This document shows positions 60,751 through 64,000 of a DNA stretch of 64,000 nucleotides, one piece after another. The position numbers were made by a program, and so were the translations under genes. Position 1 is the first letter of the stretch; every line of letters starts with the position of its first letter. Below the pieces are notes generated by a model that saw only the letters and a program-made list of their open reading frames with translations, did no database searches and was not told where the DNA came from. The stretch covers positions 192,001-256,000 of the forward strand of contig CAZPQW010000001.1 of the NCBI GenBank assembly GCA_964588985.1. Direction: 5' to 3'. Source of the stretch: an uncultured Solirubrobacteraceae bacterium. Lineage in GTDB: Bacteria > Actinomycetota > Thermoleophilia > Solirubrobacterales > Solirubrobacteraceae.

Positions 60751-61308
60751 CTAGTCGGTCGACTCGTCCTCGCCTGTGCGCCGGATCACGATGCGATCCT
60801 CTTCGACCGTGACCTCGACCGGCCGGTGACCGGCCCAGTGCTCGGCGTAGATCGGGTTGTCCTGGATGGCGGGGTCTAGCCACAGCCCGTAGCCCTCCTC
60901 GCCGTGGTCGAACGTGCCCTCGAGCGGCCCCGTGTTGGCGCCACCTGAGCGGCGACCACGCCCGCCACGACGGCTGCGACGACGGGGTTTGGCCTCTGCG
61001 GGCTCCTCGGCGTCCTCCCCGGCCTCCTCAGCCTCTGCGCGAGCGCGCTCAGCCTCGGCTTCTGCCGCTTCGAGCTCGGCCGCGATCAGCGCGTCGTCCT
61101 CGGCCCGGAGGTCGATCTCCTCGGGGTAGTCGTTCGTGCCCGCGCCCTCGGGCGACTCCTCGTCGCTGACGAGCTCGTTCTGGCGCTTGAACTGCTCGAT
61201 GTCACGGACCGTGACCTCGAGCTGGTGGGCGACCCAGGCGTCGGTGCGACCCTGGCGGACCCAGGCGCGAATTTGGTTGAGATGCGGGCGCAATGATTTA
61301 CGGGGCAT
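60751..61308 (-). CDS. Hypothetical protein: HTH-like N-terminus, acidic linker, Arg/Gly-rich patch, small C-terminal beta domain
   Basis: Strong coding bias; RTDAWVAHQLEV; RRRSRRGGRGRRSGG. Confidence 0.75.
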   Translation of the reverse strand: MPRKSLRPHLNQIRAWVRQGRTDAWVAHQLEVTVRDIEQFKRQNELVSDEESPEGAGTNDYPEEIDLRAEDDALIAAELEAAEAEAERARAEAEEAGEDAEEPAEAKPRRRSRRGGRGRRSGGANTGPLEGTFDHGEEGYGLWLDPAIQDNPIYAEHWAGHRPVEVTVEEDRIVIRRTGEDESTD

Positions 61309-61512
61309 GAACGGTCCGGGAGACTAGCGTAAAGCGCCCCGGCGGGGACGCGGTGGTTCCAGGGCATAGCGCTCGCGGGGGTTGAGGGTGCGTGCAAGTA
61401 CTTATTTAGGATCGATCGGTATCGCGTTCCCCCGGTCCTGTGACTATGCTTGGCACACCGGCGGTGGGGGCTAGCGCCGGGTCGCCAATCGGCAAGAGGA
61501 AAGGTGCACCCA

Positions 61513-61767
61513 ATGCTGGTTCTGACACGCAAGTCCAACCAGAGCATCATGATCGGGGATGAGATCGAGGTCTCGGTCCTGTCGGTCATGGGCGAGAAGG
61601 TGCGGATTGGCATTCAGGCGCCCCAGAAGGTTCCGGTGTTCCGTAAGGAGATCTACCTCGAGATACACCGTGAAACGGGCGCTGTGACGGTCAGCGAAGA
61701 CGGCCACGCGGGCGAGCACGCGGCGAAGGTGGACGAGTCGCTGCATCAGCTCGGCGACAGCGCCTGA
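61513..61767 (+). CDS. csrA: Carbon storage regulator CsrA
   Basis: MLVLTRK...IMIGDEIEV...VRIGIQAP...RKEIY. Confidence 0.93.
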   Translation: MLVLTRKSNQSIMIGDEIEVSVLSVMGEKVRIGIQAPQKVPVFRKEIYLEIHRETGAVTVSEDGHAGEHAAKVDESLHQLGDSA

Positions 61768-61818
61768 CGCGCCCACAGCGGCGCCTGACGCGCCGCGGCG
61801 ACACCCCGGCGGAGGCCT

Positions 61819-62067
61819 TCAGCCGAGCAGCAGGTAGAGGGTGCGAAACATCACCACGGTGACGATCACCGCGGTCATGATCAGCGTGAGGACGAGTAGT
61901 CCGAAACGTACAGAGCCACGCTTGTGCCGCTTGTCGACCTCGCGCTTGAGCGCGCGCTGCTCGGCGGTGCGCTTGAGCGATGCCCGCCGATGACGGTCGA
62001 GCGAGATCTCCTTGACGAACGCCTTCTCCCAGTCGGCAAGGCTCTGGCGCATTTTCATGGCGCTCAC
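61819..62067 (-). CDS. Small membrane protein (basic N-terminus, C-terminal TM)
   Basis: ORF follows the DUF2090 gene; one TM helix. Confidence 0.6.
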   Translation of the reverse strand: MSAMKMRQSLADWEKAFVKEISLDRHRRASLKRTAEQRALKREVDKRHKRGSVRFGLLVLTLIMTAVIVTVVMFRTLYLLLG

Positions 62068-62079
62068 GCCGATTGACGT

Positions 62080-62994
62080 CTAGGACGCTTTGGCGCGCTC
62101 GTACACGGCGATGAAGCGGAGGAAGTTCTCCGCGATCTTGCGCGCGCCGGCGCTGCGCTCGATCTTGCCGTCGACGTATGCCTTGAGCGGGTCCCACCAG
62201 ATCGAGCGGCCGATGGCGAAGCCGACGAAGCCCTCGACGGGCGCGGCCTGGGTGAGCCAGTGGTCGACCTTCGCGTCGTCGGCGCCACGGCCGAGGACGA
62301 CGCACACGACGCCGTCGCGCCCGCCGGCGCGAGTCTGGGCGGCGAGCATCTCGCAGTCGGAGCGCTCGTCGACGCCCTCGATCTTCCAGATGTCGACCTC
62401 GATGCCGGCGTCCTGGATCTCGACGATCGCGCGACGCATCAGCTCGGGGCGCAGCTCCGCGTCGTAGCGGTCGCTGTCGCCGCCGACCGACGCCAGCTGG
62501 GCGTCCTCGGCGGGCACGAGCAGCTCGAACAGGAACTTGCGGTCGTGCCCGTGCAGCCAGTCGGAGAGCACCTTGAGCTTGCCGAGCTGGACGCGGTTCT
62601 CCTCGGCGTCTCCGTCGGGGTTGTAGCGGACGAGCACCTTTGTGAAGTCCGGGTCGAACTTCTCGATGTGCGCGCCAAACTCCTCGTCGTACTGGAAGTC
62701 GAACATGGGCTGACCGGAGCGCTCGGCCGGCATCGCGACCTTCAGGCCTCGCTCGCGCGCCTCGGCGGGGACGGTGGAGCCGAACTGCTCGTCCACAAGC
62801 ACGCCCGCTGAGGATGCGTCGGCGCCTCCGCCGATGGCCTGCAGCATGCCCTCGAAGATGAGGTGCTTGGCGTCGGCGATGATCGCGGTCTGCTCGGCGT
62901 CCGGCTCGCCCTCGATCCCGAAGAACTTCTTCTGGAAGGAGCCGCGGTGGTCAAACGCGAGGATGTACAGCTTGTGGTCGTATCCGAGGTTCAT
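62080..62994 (-). CDS. DUF2090 family protein (IolC C-terminal-like / class I aldolase fold)
   Basis: LAFDHRGSF, KVLVRYNP, FLFELL, DIWKIEG, LGRGA, GFAIGRSIW. Confidence 0.85.
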   Translation of the reverse strand: MNLGYDHKLYILAFDHRGSFQKKFFGIEGEPDAEQTAIIADAKHLIFEGMLQAIGGGADASSAGVLVDEQFGSTVPAEARERGLKVAMPAERSGQPMFDFQYDEEFGAHIEKFDPDFTKVLVRYNPDGDAEENRVQLGKLKVLSDWLHGHDRKFLFELLVPAEDAQLASVGGDSDRYDAELRPELMRRAIVEIQDAGIEVDIWKIEGVDERSDCEMLAAQTRAGGRDGVVCVVLGRGADDAKVDHWLTQAAPVEGFVGFAIGRSIWWDPLKAYVDGKIERSAGARKIAENFLRFIAVYERAKAS

Positions 62995-63057
62995 GGGGAT
63001 GAGTATTCCAGAGGGGCGCGGGGGGCGGGGTCGAGAGGTCCTTAGAATGGATCGACG

Positions 63058-63873
63058 ATGACCTCCGGTGCTGATCTGTTCGTGGTGTGCAAGCAGTGCG
63101 GATCAGAGGTGAGCCCGTACATCACCGAGTGCCCGTACTGCGGCAACCGCCTGCGCCGTCGCGCGCCGAAGCTGCCGCGCGTGAACGCGCCCACACGCCC
63201 GGCTGCAGGGCGCGGACGGCTGGGATCGTTGATCGGCGCATCGGCGCGAGGTGGAGCCGGTTCCCGCGCGCGTCCACGACGCTCGTCAGCCCCTCGCGGC
63301 CTGGGTCGATGGGCGGCCTCGCGCCCGTACGCGACGATCGCGCTGGTGGCGGCGGGCGCCGCGATGTGGATCGTGTTTCACGCCGAACCGAGCGTGTATC
63401 TGCACATGGCGATCATCGGGCCGATCAACGGGGACTGGTGGAGGCTGTTCACGAGTGAGTTCGCGTCTCTATCCGGGACGTACACGTTCGTGGCGTTGCT
63501 CACGCTCGCGATCTTCGGCTGGCTGACGGAGGCGCGACACGGGCCGGCGGTGGTGCTCGCGCTGTTCTTCGGCGCTGGCGCCGCGGGGGCGCTGGTGGCG
63601 GACGCCGTCTACACGATCCCGTTGGCGAACGGCGCTAACGCGGGGGCGCTGGCGCTGCTGGCGTGCTGGGCGGCTCCGGACCTGCGCGCGGCGCGCGAGG
63701 CCTCCTACTACGAGGGCGACCTGCTCGGCGCGGGGGCGATGGCGGCGCTGCTGATGGCGATGCCGTTCGCGCTGGCGTTCTCGGAAGCGAGCTGGCTGGC
63801 GGGCGTGGTGGGCGCGGCGATGGGCCTGCTGGTGGGGCTGGGGATCAGCCGGATGGGCGCCGCGGATGAGTAG
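63058..63873 (+). CDS. Zinc ribbon plus rhomboid-like membrane protein, probably catalytically inactive
   Basis: CKQC...CPYC; GDWWRLFTS; GAN in place of GxS. Confidence 0.75.
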   Translation: MTSGADLFVVCKQCGSEVSPYITECPYCGNRLRRRAPKLPRVNAPTRPAAGRGRLGSLIGASARGGAGSRARPRRSSAPRGLGRWAASRPYATIALVAAGAAMWIVFHAEPSVYLHMAIIGPINGDWWRLFTSEFASLSGTYTFVALLTLAIFGWLTEARHGPAVVLALFFGAGAAGALVADAVYTIPLANGANAGALALLACWAAPDLRAAREASYYEGDLLGAGAMAALLMAMPFALAFSEASWLAGVVGAAMGLLVGLGISRMGAADE

Positions 63874-63900
63874 GAGACCTATGATGGTGGGCAGATGTCG

Positions 63901-64000
63901 ATGACCCACGCGGTGGTGCTGATCGAGGCGGAGCGCGATGCGCTGTCGACGCTCGGGGGCGCGCTGGCGGAGATCGAGGGTGTGGCAGAGGCGTACTCGG
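63901..64000 (+). CDS. Lrp/AsnC ligand-binding domain protein (partial)
   Basis: MTHAVVLIEAE...LAEIEGVAEAYS; runs off the window. Confidence 0.75.
   Translation, partial: MTHAVVLIEAERDALSTLGGALAEIEGVAEAYS

Noticed and set aside
61760-61794. 14-bp direct repeat GCGCCTGACGCGCC, two copies, at the csrA stop
   Set aside because: Only two GC-rich copies; a small local duplication, not CRISPR or iterons

Overview
High-GC actinobacterial DNA. The gene content and order are most consistent with Thermoleophilia/Solirubrobacterales; this is an inference. Bases 1-26.5 kb form an accessory surface-glycan locus: GT4, GT2 and TagA-type glycosyltransferases, a DUF115/Maf-like protein, a secreted GH79, a Wzc-type kinase, an MsbA-like ABC exporter, two sulfotransferases, a Gfo/Idh/MocA oxidoreductase and a UDP-sugar 2-epimerase. 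A complete lasso-peptide operon sits in the middle of this locus on the minus strand (about 13.4-20.7 kb): secreted protein, B2 peptidase, HPr-kinase-like protein, ABC ATPase, ABC permease, RRE/PqqD, a second HPr-kinase-like protein, lasso cyclase, and a 50-aa precursor missing from the ORF track. A perfect 40-bp palindrome and two orphan LuxR-type regulators follow the precursor. The rest is mostly core genome: an SdhA-SdhB-CCG (type E-like) succinate dehydrogenase, aidB, icd-mdh, a candidate AT-hook/wHTH nucleoid protein, the rsmI-(TA)-metG-tatD-rsmA-ispE / tRNA-Gln-glmU-prs-rplY-pth-mfd-prsA-eno-divIC block, csrA and a pseudo-rhomboid. No CRISPR array, rRNA or intact mobile element was seen. 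All family assignments come from motif recognition by eye, not from database searches.
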